Positions 36,470-48,720 of a stretch of 64,000 bases of DNA are shown in pieces. This DNA is from Hypanus sabinus (taxonomy: Eukaryota): NCBI RefSeq assembly GCF_030144855.1, contig NC_082722.1:21018001-21082000 (forward strand), read 5' to 3'. Both the position numbers and the translations under genes were made by a program. Below the pieces are notes generated by a model, which ran no database searches, was not told the origin of the DNA, and was given only the letters and a program-made list of their open reading frames with translations. Position 1 is the stretch's first letter; every line of letters begins with the position of its first letter.

Positions 36470-37320
36470 CTTGGCAGCAGGTATACCACTTCGGATACTG
36501 TTGGAGAGAATGACCTGTCAGGGGAAAGTCACAGAGGTCGGATCTTTAGCCTTGAGTCTGACTCTGCGACTCAGACGGGGAGTGGGGAGGGGGCGGCTGG
36601 GGGGAGGGGAGAAGAAGCGAGCTGTTGATTTAGGGGCTTCGTTAGGAGAGCAAAAAGGAGTTTCTGTGGTCGAGAACGAGATTTTCCCAATTATGTTGCC
36701 TCTTGGGTTCTAGGGGCAAGGACATCTCGGATTGAGTCCTTGGTATTCTTAAGTGGGAGACTGAATAGCCAGAGGCCGTCGTCCATGTAGCTATCGATGA
36801 CATAAATAGGAAGCGTGACATCGTTCTGCAAAGTGGGTTCAGGAAGTTTGGTGCTAAATTAAAGTGGTGGACCTCCAGGGTTGCGATCTCAGGAATGCTA
36901 CCTGTACAACGTGCCAGTGAGGCGAGATTAGAAAAATTATACAGTTTAATACCTGCTGAATACTTGGTGTAGGAAGAAAGGCGATAGATCCTTGGATAAT
37001 TGGGCTGCCTTTCAGGGAACCACAGTGCCGGAACAGTTTGTGGAGAGGTTCTGGAGAAAGACGTTGGTATCAGCTCAGACAAAGTCAGGAACCAGAAGGT
37101 TGAGCATGGTGTGATTAATGACTGATTAGCAAAATGTCAATTATACACCTATAGTTGGAAAGTTGGGTGATCTCAGGGCATGGAACAGCGCCCGGAATTA
37201 TGCTATTGTAGTCATAGTGAAACTTGGTTGCAGGAGGTGCAGTACTGACAGCTCAATATTCCGGGGTCAGATGTTTTCGACGGACAGAGCGGAATGGATT
37301 AAAGGAAGAGGATTGACGAT
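36470..37320 (+). mobile_element. CR1 5' part (ORF1 SGNH esterase and start of endonuclease), decayed
   Basis: Remnants of RAVVIGDSIVR..CCLPGA and VVHVGTNDIGRK, then EN-like ETWL at about 37220. Confidence 0.7.
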
Positions 37321-37321
37321 A

Positions 37322-37640
37322 CTAGTCATGTGGAGCTGAACGCTCAAGTCTCCCCTTGCCAGAGCATAGCCTCTCTACATCAAGCCTCATGGAGTACCAC
37401 CTCCATAACGACATACGCAAACTGAACACGCTCCGGACGCATACTGAACTACAGAGGATGCGGACATTTCCTCGTGCTCGAGAACCAGATCCCCAGATAT
37501 GGACAAATAGGTCCCCAGCCTTGTGAGCAGCCGTGGTAGGGACAAACCCTACGGGATTAAACACAGGCAGAAAATCCAGAGTGGAGTTCCTAAGGGGAGT
37601 GGACGTCCCTAAGCATCCTTCCGGCAGCTCCTGCAACCAA
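37322..37640 (-). repeat. Interspersed repeat, possibly the 5' UTR of an RTE-type LINE
   Basis: Minus starts CACCAGCTTGGTTGCAGGAGCTGCCGGAAGG. Recalled as a common elasmobranch repeat; not verified. Confidence 0.35.
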
Positions 37641-37649
37641 GCTGGTGTT

Positions 37650-39500
37650 AAACATATTGTTTCATTCTTTTTTGGACTACAGCGGTGAGCCCTGTGAACC
37701 CGAGCGGATAGCTTGTGGGAGAAACTGTTACAGAGTCAGGTCGTGAGAGCCTTTTCCCAGACTGCAGGAGCGAGAAGAGTTTGCATGAGGGGTGCGTGGA
37801 GTCCTTCAGAATGCTGCTTGCTTTGCGGATGTAGCGTATAATGTAAATGTCCGGAATGGTGGGAAGAGAGACCCTGATGATCTTCTCAGCTGACATCACT
37901 GTCCGCTGCAGGGTCCTGCGATCCGAAATGGTGCAATTTCTGAACCTGGCGGTGACGCAGCTGCTCACGACACTCTCAATACAACCCCTGTAGAATGTGA
38001 TGAGGAATGGCGGCGGGGTGGGGGGGTGGGAACTGGACTTTCCTCAGCCTTCGCAGTAAGTTGAGACGCTGCTGGGCTTCCCTTGCCATGGAGCTGGTGT
38101 TGACGGACCAGACGGGATTCTCCGCAGTTGAACACCAAGACATTCGGTGCTCTTAACGAACTCTACCGAGGAGCCTGCGATGTTCAGCGAGGAGTGATCG
38201 CTCTTTGCCCTCCTGAAGTCAACAACCACCTCTTTTGTTTTGTTCACATTAAGAGACAGGTTGTTGGCTCTGCACCAGTCGGTTAGCCGCTGCACCTCCT
38301 CTCTGTAAGCTGACTCGTCGTTCTTGCTGATGAGACCCACCACGGTCGTGTCATCAGCGAACTTGACTATATGGTTCGAGATGTGTGTTGCAGCACAGTT
38401 GTGGGTCAACATAGTGAACAGCAGTGGACTGAGCACACAGCCCTGGAGAGCCCCCGCACTCAGTGTGATGGTGTTTGAGATGCTGCCCAGATCCTGACTG
38501 ACTGAGGTCTCCCAGTCAAGAAGTCTAGGATCCAGTGGCAGAGAGAGTTGTGCAGGCCCAGTAGGCTCAGCTTTCCAATCAGTTTCTGTGGGATGATTGT
38601 GTTGAATGCTGAGCTGATGTCTATGAACGGCATTCGAACGTATATGTCTTTTTTGTCCAGGTGGGTTAGAGCCAGCTGGAGGGTGATGGCAATGGCGTCG
38701 TTTGTTGAGCGGTTGGGACGGTACGCAAATAGCATTGAGGGGGGCAGCTGGGTCTTGATATGCCTCATGACGAGCCACCCGAAACATTTCATTTTATTGG
38801 ATATGAGTGCAACGGGACGGTAGTCATTTAGGCGGGACACTGAAGACTTCTTCGGCACGGGGATGATGGTGGCGGCTTGAAGCACTTTTGAACGGTGGCG
38901 CTGCTCAGGGAGATGTTGAGGATGTCAGTGACAACAGCTGGTAGCTGGTCTGCACATCCTCTGAGCACTCTGCCAGGAATGGTCCAGCAGTCCTCCGTGG
39001 GTTGACCCTGCACAGGGTTCTTCTCACATCTGCGACGGTGAGACACAGCACCTGGTCATTTGTAGGAGGGGTGGACTTCCTTGCCGCCACGTCATTCTCT
39101 ACCTCAAAACGGGCGTAGAGTTGATTCAGCGCATCTGGGAGGGAGGCATCACCTGCACAATCAGGTGATGTCCTCCTGTAATTGGTAATGTCCTGAATGC
39201 CCTTCCACATGCGCCGGGTGTCGCCGCTGTCCTGTAGGTGGCTCTGGATTCGCTGGGTGTGAGCACGCTTTGCCACTCTGATTGCCCGGGACACTTTGGC
39301 TATTGCTGTTATTAGGGCAGCCTTGTCGCCTGCTCTGAAGGCGGGGTCCTCAGCAGCTCACGCACCTCGGCGGTCATCCATGGCTTCTGGTTAGCACGTA
39401 TAGTGATGGTCTTGGACAGAGTAGCATCATCAATGCACGGGCTGATGTAGCTGCTCACTGCTGCTGCGTACTCCTCTGAGTTGGTAGAGTCGCCATCTGT
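37650..39500 (-). mobile_element. Rex1/Babar LINE ORF (RT), frameshifted
   Basis: [55 protein letters not shown]...KFADDTTVVGLI. Confidence 0.92.
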
Positions 39501-39509
39501 GAAGGTCAA

Positions 39510-41421
39510 TGGAGATTGGAACATATTCCTCCAATTCAACACAATGTTCAAGAAGATAACAATGGAATGTAAACAGGCCTACATAAAAGAGCAAAGCAGA
39601 GAAGCTGAACAAGCCAAAATAATTGGAAAAACAAGTGATCTATTCAAGAATATTAGAAAAATCCAAGGAACATTTCATTCAAAAATTACTGTAGTAAAAG
39701 ACAAGCAAGGGAAGGACCTTACAGAAGCAGAAGACATCAAAAAGAGACCATAAGATATAGGAGCAGAAAAGGGCATTTGTCCCAATGAATATGCTCTGCC
39801 ATTCAATCATAAAGAGATGACAGGAAGAATAGAACAGGAAAGATCCTGACTGCGAAAACGCCTGCAATGAATCCCTCATCGATCTAGAGCCAGACATTCT
39901 GGAAAGTGATATTGAATGGGCGATAGTAAACATTTCAAATAAGAAGACTACAGGATCTGACATGATTCCGATCGAATTATTCAAAATTTTTAAATGTAAT
40001 GCTGTGTAAAAGTGTTGCATGCAATTTTCCATCAGATCTGGGAAACCTAATAATGGTCTTTAGACTGAAAAAGATCAGTTAGTATCCGAATTCCCAAGAA
40101 GGGAAATGTAAAGTAATGTTCAAATTACCGGAGAGTTTCACGAAATTTCACATGCAGGCAAGGTAAATCTAAAGGTCATGCAAGCAAATCTCCCGGATTA
40201 TTTGGAACGAGAACTGCCAGATGTACAAGGTGGTTTTAGAAGAGGCAGGGGCACCAGACACCAAATTACTAAACTACGCTGGACAAGGGAGAAATCGAGG
40301 TAATTCCAGAAAAGTGTTTATCTATGTTTTGTTGACTACCCTAAAGCTTTCGACAGAGTGTGCCAAAATAAACTATGGCAAATCTTTAATAAATCGCGAT
40401 ATCTGGACATCTGATCTGCCTTATGATAAACTTGTACGAAGATCAAGAAGCAATAGTTAAGACTGAACATGGAACAAAAAAAAAACAGGTTCAAGATTGG
40501 AGAGAGGATGACAAGGCTGCATAGTGTCACCGTATTTATTTAATCTACAGTATATGCTGAACACGTCATGAGGAATGCTAATCTAGAGGACTCAAATGTT
40601 GGAATCAAAATTGCCGGACTAAATATTAACGAACTCAGATATGTAGCTGATTCCTCTCCGATGGCTGAGAGTTACCTGGAAATGAGGAAGCTTCTAATCA
40701 AAGTGAAAGAAGAAAGTGCTTTCGCTCAATATGAAGAAAGCCAAGATTGTGTTGACCAGCCTTATTCATTCCGTGTTAATAAATGGAATACAAGTGGAAG
40801 GAGTGACGGATTTTGTTTTCCTCCTTTCAAGTATTTCTATAGATTGTAACTGCAGCCATGAAATTAAACAGCGCTTACTTCTCAGAGGTCAGCAATAGCA
40901 CTACTACTACGTGCACTCCGTAACGGAAAATTTAAATAAAATACTGAAGAGCAGAGATATAACATTGTTTACAAAGGCAGGTCTATGGTATTTCCAGTTG
41001 TGATGAATGGCTGTGAAAGCTGGACTATTAGTAAGGCTGAATACAAAAGAATCGATGACTTTGACTTGGCTGCTGGAGGAAAGTTTTAAGAGTTCGTCGG
41101 ACAGCAGGAAGATCCAACACTGCAATACTAGAATACACACAGCTACACTGCGCAGTAGGAGACTTGATTATGATGCAAAGTTTCAAATATGTTGGCCACA
41201 TCATGAAAAGGCTGGATTCCTTAGAGAAGACTCATGTTAGGCAAAACAAAAAGTAAGAGAAGGAGAGGGCGACAGAGGCTACAATGGATAGATGATATTA
41301 CTTAGGCAATGCGTATGACGTCGGGAGATCTTAGAGAGACAGTTTCCAACAAGAAGACTTGTTGTGCAGGAGTCCATGATGTCACGAAGAATCTGATACG
41401 ACTTAACGACTGAAGAACAAC
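39510..41421 (+). mobile_element. RTE (BovB-like) LINE, decayed ORF and 3' end
   Basis: ERELPDVQGGFRRGRG, NANLEDSNVGIKIAGLNINELRYVAD and MYGCESWT-like text; 3' end GTCCATGATGTCACGAAG...ACGACTTAACGACTGAAGAACAAC resembles the BovB tail. Confidence 0.85.
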
Positions 41422-41880
41422 GAGCTTGGCCGCAGTAGTGGGGCAGTTATTGGAAGCCATTCTAAGGGACAGGATAAAGAAGTATTTGGATAGACATGGA
41501 CTGATTAAGGAGATTCATCATTGCTTTGTGCATGATAGAACACATCTCACCAATCTTATGGATCTTTCCGAGTCAGGAAAGTGGTTGAAAAGAAGACAGT
41601 GCATGTTGCCAACATCGACTTTAGTAAGACATTTGACAAGGACTGCATGCGAGGTTGCTCAAGAAGGTTCATCCGCTTAGTATTCACTGCGATGTAGTAA
41701 ATTGGATGAGCCATAGAATTTGTGGAAGAAGCCAAGAAATAGCATTGTATGGTTGCCTCTGTGATTGGAGGACTAGAGGAAAGCAGCAGGGATATGTGCA
41801 GAGTCTATTCCTGTCTGTCATCTATATTACTGATCTGGATGATAATGTGGATAACTAAAATCAGCAAATTTCAAAGAACT
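41422..41880 (+). mobile_element. CR1 RT fragment
   Basis: VVGQLLEAILRDRIKKYLDRHGLIKEIHHCFV..LTNL; YITDLDDNV. Confidence 0.75.
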
Positions 41881-42046
41881 AAATAGATTTTTTCAGTACA
41901 CATTTCAATTAACAAGCATCTGTTGAATTAACAACAATCCGGTCAATATTTGTAGAGTGTATTTGAAACTGATAAAGTATCAGTACTTCGTTTTCTCCTC
42001 GAATGTAATTCCCATCATTCACTTCTAGCTGGTGAACAAACCTTGC

Positions 42047-42090
42047 TCTCTCTCTCTCTCTCTCTCTCACTCACTCTGACACACACACAC
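42047..42090 (+). repeat. (CT)n/(CA)n microsatellite
   Basis: ctctctctctctctctctctcactcactctgacacacacacaca. Confidence 0.9.
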
Positions 42091-43129
42091 AGTTTCGTTG
42101 CTGGGAGAGAGCTTACGTCCGATTATCGATTCGTAGACCTCGAAAAGGTGCGATGCAGCAGACCTTAACACCGTAATTCAACGATTTGGTTGCTTTCTAC
42201 CTGCCATCTCTCGTTTGTGACACCTCCCTGTCTATTTATAAGGAAGAGAGGGAGATGGGGAATGATGAAGTCGTTGCCAGGGCGATTAGTTTTTCTGTAA
42301 TGCAAATTACGGATCCCCTTGGGGTATTTGCTATTGTTTGCTTCCTGGGGTAGAAGCAACAGTGGATGGAGTGGGAGAGTGGATGGAGGAGAAGAAAGCT
42401 CCCCAAAGTCTTCTAACATTTTCTAGCAACTCTAACCCCAATTCTAGCCGTTCTGCGATCATTCATCGTTTGAGGTTCTCTTCTATTTTCACGGATGTCT
42501 GCGAAGGGCAAGAAACTCAATATGTATATTGTATGCATTTTCTGATATTAATTTGGAACTATTGAACTATTGGACTGTTGAAAACCTCAGTTCGAGCCAT
42601 TTGGCTGCGTTTCGATCTCACCAAAATAAACTTCTTCTATCCATGTACCAATCCAAATGTAGGTCACACATTGGAATCGTACCCAGTTCTATAAGTTTAT
42701 CTGGTACTTTGTTCCATTTACCAAACCTATTTTTATTGAAAGCCTTCCCCTACATTATTTTCAATATTTTCTCTCCCGCGTAGAAGCGATGTATTCTTAT
42801 TTTCAGTGAACCGATTTTGGGTAAAAGACTGTAATCATATACCTTCTTATGCCATTCCTGATATTACATATGAATGGTCACCGCGCAACCACCTGTGCTC
42901 TAGGAATGAATAGTCCCAATCTCTTCCTGCGGTTAAATGCACGCTGTTCTACTAACATTCTTGTCAATCCTTTTTGCACTATCTCGAGCTTCATCGTATC
43001 TATTCTGTTGTTGGCGATCAAAATACGCAGCATACATTTCACCAACGAATGCACAACATAGTGTTTCACCAGCGATTTGAACAGTTGAAAATGACGTCCC
43101 AGATCCTGTACTCATTGCCATAACTTGCA

Positions 43130-43790
43130 CTCAAAGTCAGCAAGACGGAGGAGATGCTTGTGAATTTCAGGAGGGGTAAGGTAAAGGAATACACACCAAT
43201 CCTCCCAGAGGGATCAGAGGTGGAGAGAATGATCAGTCTTAAGTCCCTGGGTGTCAAGCACTCTGAGGATCTAAACCAGTCCCAATATATGGATGCAGCT
43301 ATAAAGAAGGCAAGGCAGCAACTGTACTTCATTAGTGTTTGAAGAGATCTGGTTTGTCAACAAATACACACTAGAACTTGTATAAGGGTACTGTGGAGAA
43401 CATTCTGACAGACTGCGTCACTGTTTGGAATGGGAGGGGGGTGGAGTAGTGGGATATTGCGCGGGGCCGAAAGAAGCTGCAGAGTGTCGTAAATTTAGTA
43501 GACTCCATCTTGGGTATAAGCCTACAAAGTAGTCAGGATATCTTCAAGGAGCCGTGACTCAGAAAGGCAGCGTCCAATATGAACGACCTCCAACTCCCAA
43601 GGCATGCCCTTTTCTCACTGCTACCATTATTAAGGAGGTACAGAAACCTGAAGGCACACACTCAGCGATTCAGGAGCAGCTTCTTCTCTGCGATTGGATT
43701 ACTAAATGGACATTGAACCCGTGTATATTATCACACTTTAAATAAATGCTATTTCTGTATTCGCACGTTCTTAATCTATTTAATATACAT
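43130..43790 (+). mobile_element. Rex1/Babar-type LINE 3' fragment
   Basis: ORF 43154-43342 MLVNFRR..GSEVER..SLGV..KKARQQLYF, followed by the C-terminal remnant and 3' UTR. Confidence 0.75.
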
Positions 43791-44744
43791 ACACTCTAAT
43801 AGGTTCATTTATCTGTTTATGTTATTTATTTATTTTCGTTTTGTACATTATGCATTGCATTGAACTGCCGCTGCTAATTTCACAAATATGACGACACATG
43901 CTGTTGATATAAACATGATTCGGATTCCGAACTGCCGATTTAATTGTGCCAAACAACTGCCTTACCAGCCTGTCCACCTCTGTCGATAATTTTACAGATC
44001 AATGTGCCCGTATCTCTCAGCAACCTTGTTCTACTTCAATGCCTAGGACAATCTATTGCGCAATTCCTGCCCCAGTATAACTAACCAAAATGCAACACTT
44101 TGCACATTTCCGTGTTAAATTCTATCTGCAATTGCTAGGCCCACTTTCCCAGTTCTCCGTCTTAGTTAATTTTCACTCCCTGGTATATCACTAATTCCTT
44201 TGCATCCTGAAATTTATCAACAACTTAAAATAGTATCAACTAAATATTTTAGAGATCAAACAATACTGGGACCAGGATCTACCTCCTTAGTACATCACCG
44301 TTTGCAAGCCTTTGTTCTTGGTATCAGATCTCTACTAGCACCGTCTGATTCCTCAAGGAAAACAATTTTGTGTTCTTGTGCTCAGTTGGCTGGCTCACTC
44401 TGGCTCCCGTGTCACCCAGTATTCTATACTCTACCGTAGTACAGTACAGTGCAAAATTCAATAAAGATATAGTCTACTGTCCTGCCCTCAGCAATTTTCT
44501 GCATAGCCTCTTCCAAACAACTGAATCATGTTTGTGAGAGAGGATTCCCCATGAGAATTCAACTGGTAGCAAATTCCTGCTTAAAGACGCTACTGATATC
44601 TCGGTTATTTAAAACGAGAGTTTTGCGGGCGTTGGTCCATTGTGCGGGGCCTATCAGCGGCGGCAACTGAGCTCGACGAACTAAATAAAAATACAGAATG
44701 TTTAAGCGGAGCGGCCATAGTCGGGAGTACGCCAGTGGCGAGAG

Positions 44745-47700
44745 TAGAAGCGACAACCTCTGGCTCATTGAGGTTTCGGAGTATTGTTTGCAGCTTTGGG
44801 CTCCTTATTTTAGAAAGGATATACTGACATCGGAGATGGGGCAGAGAAGGTTCAGAAGAATGATTCCAGGAATGAAAGGGTTACCGCATGAGGAACGTCT
44901 GGCAGCTCTTCGGCTGTATGCGTTTGTAGTTGGTGCAGGGAGTTAGTCACCCCGAGGCTGCATGAATTAGATAAGATGGCGACGGTCAGGGAATCGAACG
45001 GAAGAGGTCAGATAGCAGACAGCACCCATGGGGCCACCTCCTCAGCTATCGTTATCGTGTTTTTGAAGCGGTTGTTGGGATGATTTGACAGAGACGACGA
45101 CGGCGATTGGGTCTGTGGCACTGTGCCTGGTTGAGTTGTGCAGAAGTCAAAGAGGAAGTTGAGGAATACAATAATCAAAGAGTAGAGTATGCCATAGTGA
45201 GCAAATCAGACAGGAATTTCTGTCAGCCTGATAGAGGTACCTGCATTGTGCGTTGCCTGCCAGGTGCCAGGGTACCGGGTGTCTAGAAACGGGTGCAGAG
45301 TATTCTGAAGGGAGAGGGTGAACAGACAGAAGTCCTGGTACACATTGGTACGAATGACAAAGGAAGAAAAAGGGAGGAGGCCCTGAAGAGAGAATTCATG
45401 GAGGTAGGTAGGAAGCGGAAAAGCAGCACCTCTAGGGTACTAATCTCAGTATTGCTGCCTGCGCCGCCGCTAGCGAGTGCAAGAATAGCATCATGAGGCG
45501 TATTAATGTGTGGTTGAGAGACCGGTGCAGGGGGCAGGGCTTCAGTTTCCTGGATCATTGGGGCCTCTTCTGGGAGTGGAACGACCTGCACAAATCAGAT
45601 CCGAATACACCTGACTACAAAAGCGTCCAATATCCCAACGGTCACATTTAGTAGAGCTGCTGGGAGCCTTTAAACTAATTTGAAGGGGTTAGGGACCGGA
45701 GTGATAGTGTCGAGGAAGGGGAGAACAGAAATAAATCAAAGATCGAGTGCAAAAGAGATAATAGAAAGAACAGGCAGGAAATGAGGCTTAATCGCCGCCA
45801 TTGGCAAAAATTACACGACAATACAGGCGTGGTATAGTTAAACTAGCGAACAACAAATACAGGACTGAAAGTGTTATATTTGAATGCACGCAACATAAAG
45901 AATAAAATGGACGATCTTGAAATTCAGCTACAGATTGACAAATCTGACGTTGTGACCATCGCTGAAACTTGGCTAAACAATGGCAGCCACTGGGATACTA
46001 ACGTCCTAGGTTACACGGTGTATCCGAAAGAAAGGTTGGTAGGCACAGGGGGCGGGGTTGCTCCGTATATAAGAAATCATATTAAATCATGATAAAGAGA
46101 TGACATAGGATTGGAAGGTGTGGAGTTTCTGGGTTCTGTTAAGAAATGGCAAAAGGAAATGGACCCTAATGGCAGCTGTATACAGCCCTCCAAACAGCAG
46201 CCGGGATGTTGATTTCAAATTACAGCAAGAGATAAACAGGCCTGACGGAAAGTCAAGGCCATGATAATCGTTCGGGATTTTAACAAGGCAGTGTATTGGA
46301 AAAGCCAGGTCACTACTGGATCTTTAGAGAAAGTTTGTACAATGTTCAAGGGAGGGCTTATTAGAACAGCTTGCTGTTGAGCCCACCAGGGGACCGGTTA
46401 TGCCGGGTTGGGTGTTGTGCAATGATCCGGACGTGATAAGAGAGCTTAATGTTAAGGAACCCTTAGGGAATAGAGATCAGTCGAGCTACTGGGACTCGAT
46501 GTTTCAATCCCAACGATAAACTCGGCCATCTCGATGTTGGCAGTGGCTGGGAGTGGTGACGAGGAGGGTAACTACGTCATCGGGGTCATCAGGTGGGCAC
46601 CTTCTTACTTTGACGTTTCGTTCATAAACCCACGACGTCTCCAGAGGGCTGAAGGGTGCTCAACATTCAGATCGAGTTCACATTGAAACTTGAGAGGAAA
46701 AAAAAATTAAAATCCAATGTGTTAGTATTTCAGTGGAATAAATAAAATTACAATAGTATGAGAGGGGATTTGGTCGAAGTTTACAGGGAAAAGAGAGCAG
46801 AGGAGCAATGGCTGCGGTATCTGCAAAAAATTAGGCAAATAAGTAGGTCAATAGGAAGGAAGGGATGAATTATTAAAGCAAACCAGTGACTAGTAGCAAA
46901 GAAGATGCTAAAAAATTTTAAGTACATAAAGAGTAAACGAGAGTCGACAGCGGGTATAGGAACAATACAAAATAACGCTGGAGACATTGTAATGAGAGAT
47001 GCGATATGGCCGAGGAACTGATTGCGTATTTTGCATCAGTCTTCACTGTGGAAGACGTCTGCTGAATACCGGATATTCAAGAGTGTCATGAAAGTGAGGT
47101 TTATTCAGTGCAAATTATGACTGAGAAGATGCTCAGGAAATTTAAAGAGCTGAGCGTGGATAAATCTTCTGGACCTGACAGAATACACACTCAGTTTCTG
47201 AAGGACGTAGCTGGAGAGATTGCGGAGGCAGTAATAATAATCTTTCAAGAATCGATAGATTCTGGCATTGTACTGGAAGACTGGAACATTGTAAATATTA
47301 CTCCGCTATTTAAACGAGTGGGAGACAACAGAAAGGAATCTATGGACCTGTTAGCCTGACATCAGTGATTGGGCAATTGTTGGAATCGATTGTTAGTGAG
47401 AGAATACGGAGTACCTGGAGCCATATGACAAAATAGGCAAAAGCCAGCATGGTTTCCTGAAAGGAAAATCCTGCCTGACAAGAGTGCTGCAATTCTTTGA
47501 AGAAATTAGAAGCGGCTTAGATGCAGTAGACGTAGTCTACTTTGATTTTCAGAAGGCATTTGACAAGGTGCCGCACATGAGGCTACTTAGCAAGATAATA
47601 GCCCTTGGAATTATAGGAAAGTTACTAGCATGGGTGGAGCATTGGCTGATCGGCAGAAAACAGAGAGTGGAAATAAAGGGATCCGATTCTGGCTGTCTGC

Positions 47701-48720
47701 AGGTTACCAGTGGAGTTCCACAGGGGTTCGTGTTGGGACAGCTGCTTTTTATACGGTATTTCAACGATTTGGACTACGATAGTAAGAGATTTGTGGATAT
47801 GTTTGCCGATGATACAAAGACAGGTGGAGTAGCGGGTAGTGATGAAGGAACAGAGAGACTTAGATAGTTTAAGGGAATGGATAAAAAGTGGCAAGCGAAA
47901 CACCATGTTGGAAAGAGCATGGCCATGCATTTTGGGGGAAGAATTAAACAGACAGGCCAGTATTTAGATGGCGAGACAATTCAAAATGCAGAGATGCAAA
48001 GGAGCTTTGGAATCCTTGTACAAGACACTCTAAAGATTAATCTCCAGGATGAGTCGGTAATGAGGAAAGCGAACGCAAGTTGGCATTCATTTCTGGAGGG
48101 ATGAATATAAGAACAGGGATGTGATGTTGAGGTTCTATGAGGCACTCGTGTGACCAGACGGAGTATTGTGTGCAGCTTTGGGCTCCTTATTTTAGAAAGG
48201 ATATACTGACATTGGGGATGGTACAGAAAAGGTTCAGAAGAATGATTCCAGGAAAGGAAAGGGTTACCGCATGAGGAACGTCTGACAGCTCTTCGGCTGT
48301 ATTCCCTGGAGTTCAGGAGAATGAGTGGGAATCTCATAGAAATATTCCGAATGTTGAAAGACTTGAACAGATTGGATATGGCAATGTTATTTCTCATGCT
48401 AGGGGATTCTATTAAAAGAGGGCACGACTTCAAGATTTGAAGGACGTCCAGTTAGAACAAAGATGCGGAGAAGTAACATGAGTCAGATGATGGTATATCT
48501 GTGGAATGTTTTAACACCAGCGGCTGTGGAGTCCTAATGATCGGGTGTACTTAAGGCACAGATAGTCAGCTACTTGATTAGCCGGGGCATCAAATGGTAT
48601 GGGTTAGAAGCAAGGGAGTGGGGATGACTGGAAGAATTGCATCAGGCCATGATTGTAAGGCGCAGCAGGTTCGATGAGCCGAATAGTCTACTTCTGCTGC
48701 AAAAACTTATGGTCTTATGG
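44745..48720 (+). mobile_element. Near-full-length decayed CR1 (ORF1 esterase, EN, RT, 3' UTR) preceded by a short copy of its 3' region
   Basis: VLVHIGTNDKGRK (45293-45496), LYLNARNIKNK..IAETWL (45871-), VVYFDFQKAFDKVPH..GVPQG..FADDTK (47484-47867); 44745-44915 resembles 48125-48300. Confidence 0.9.
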
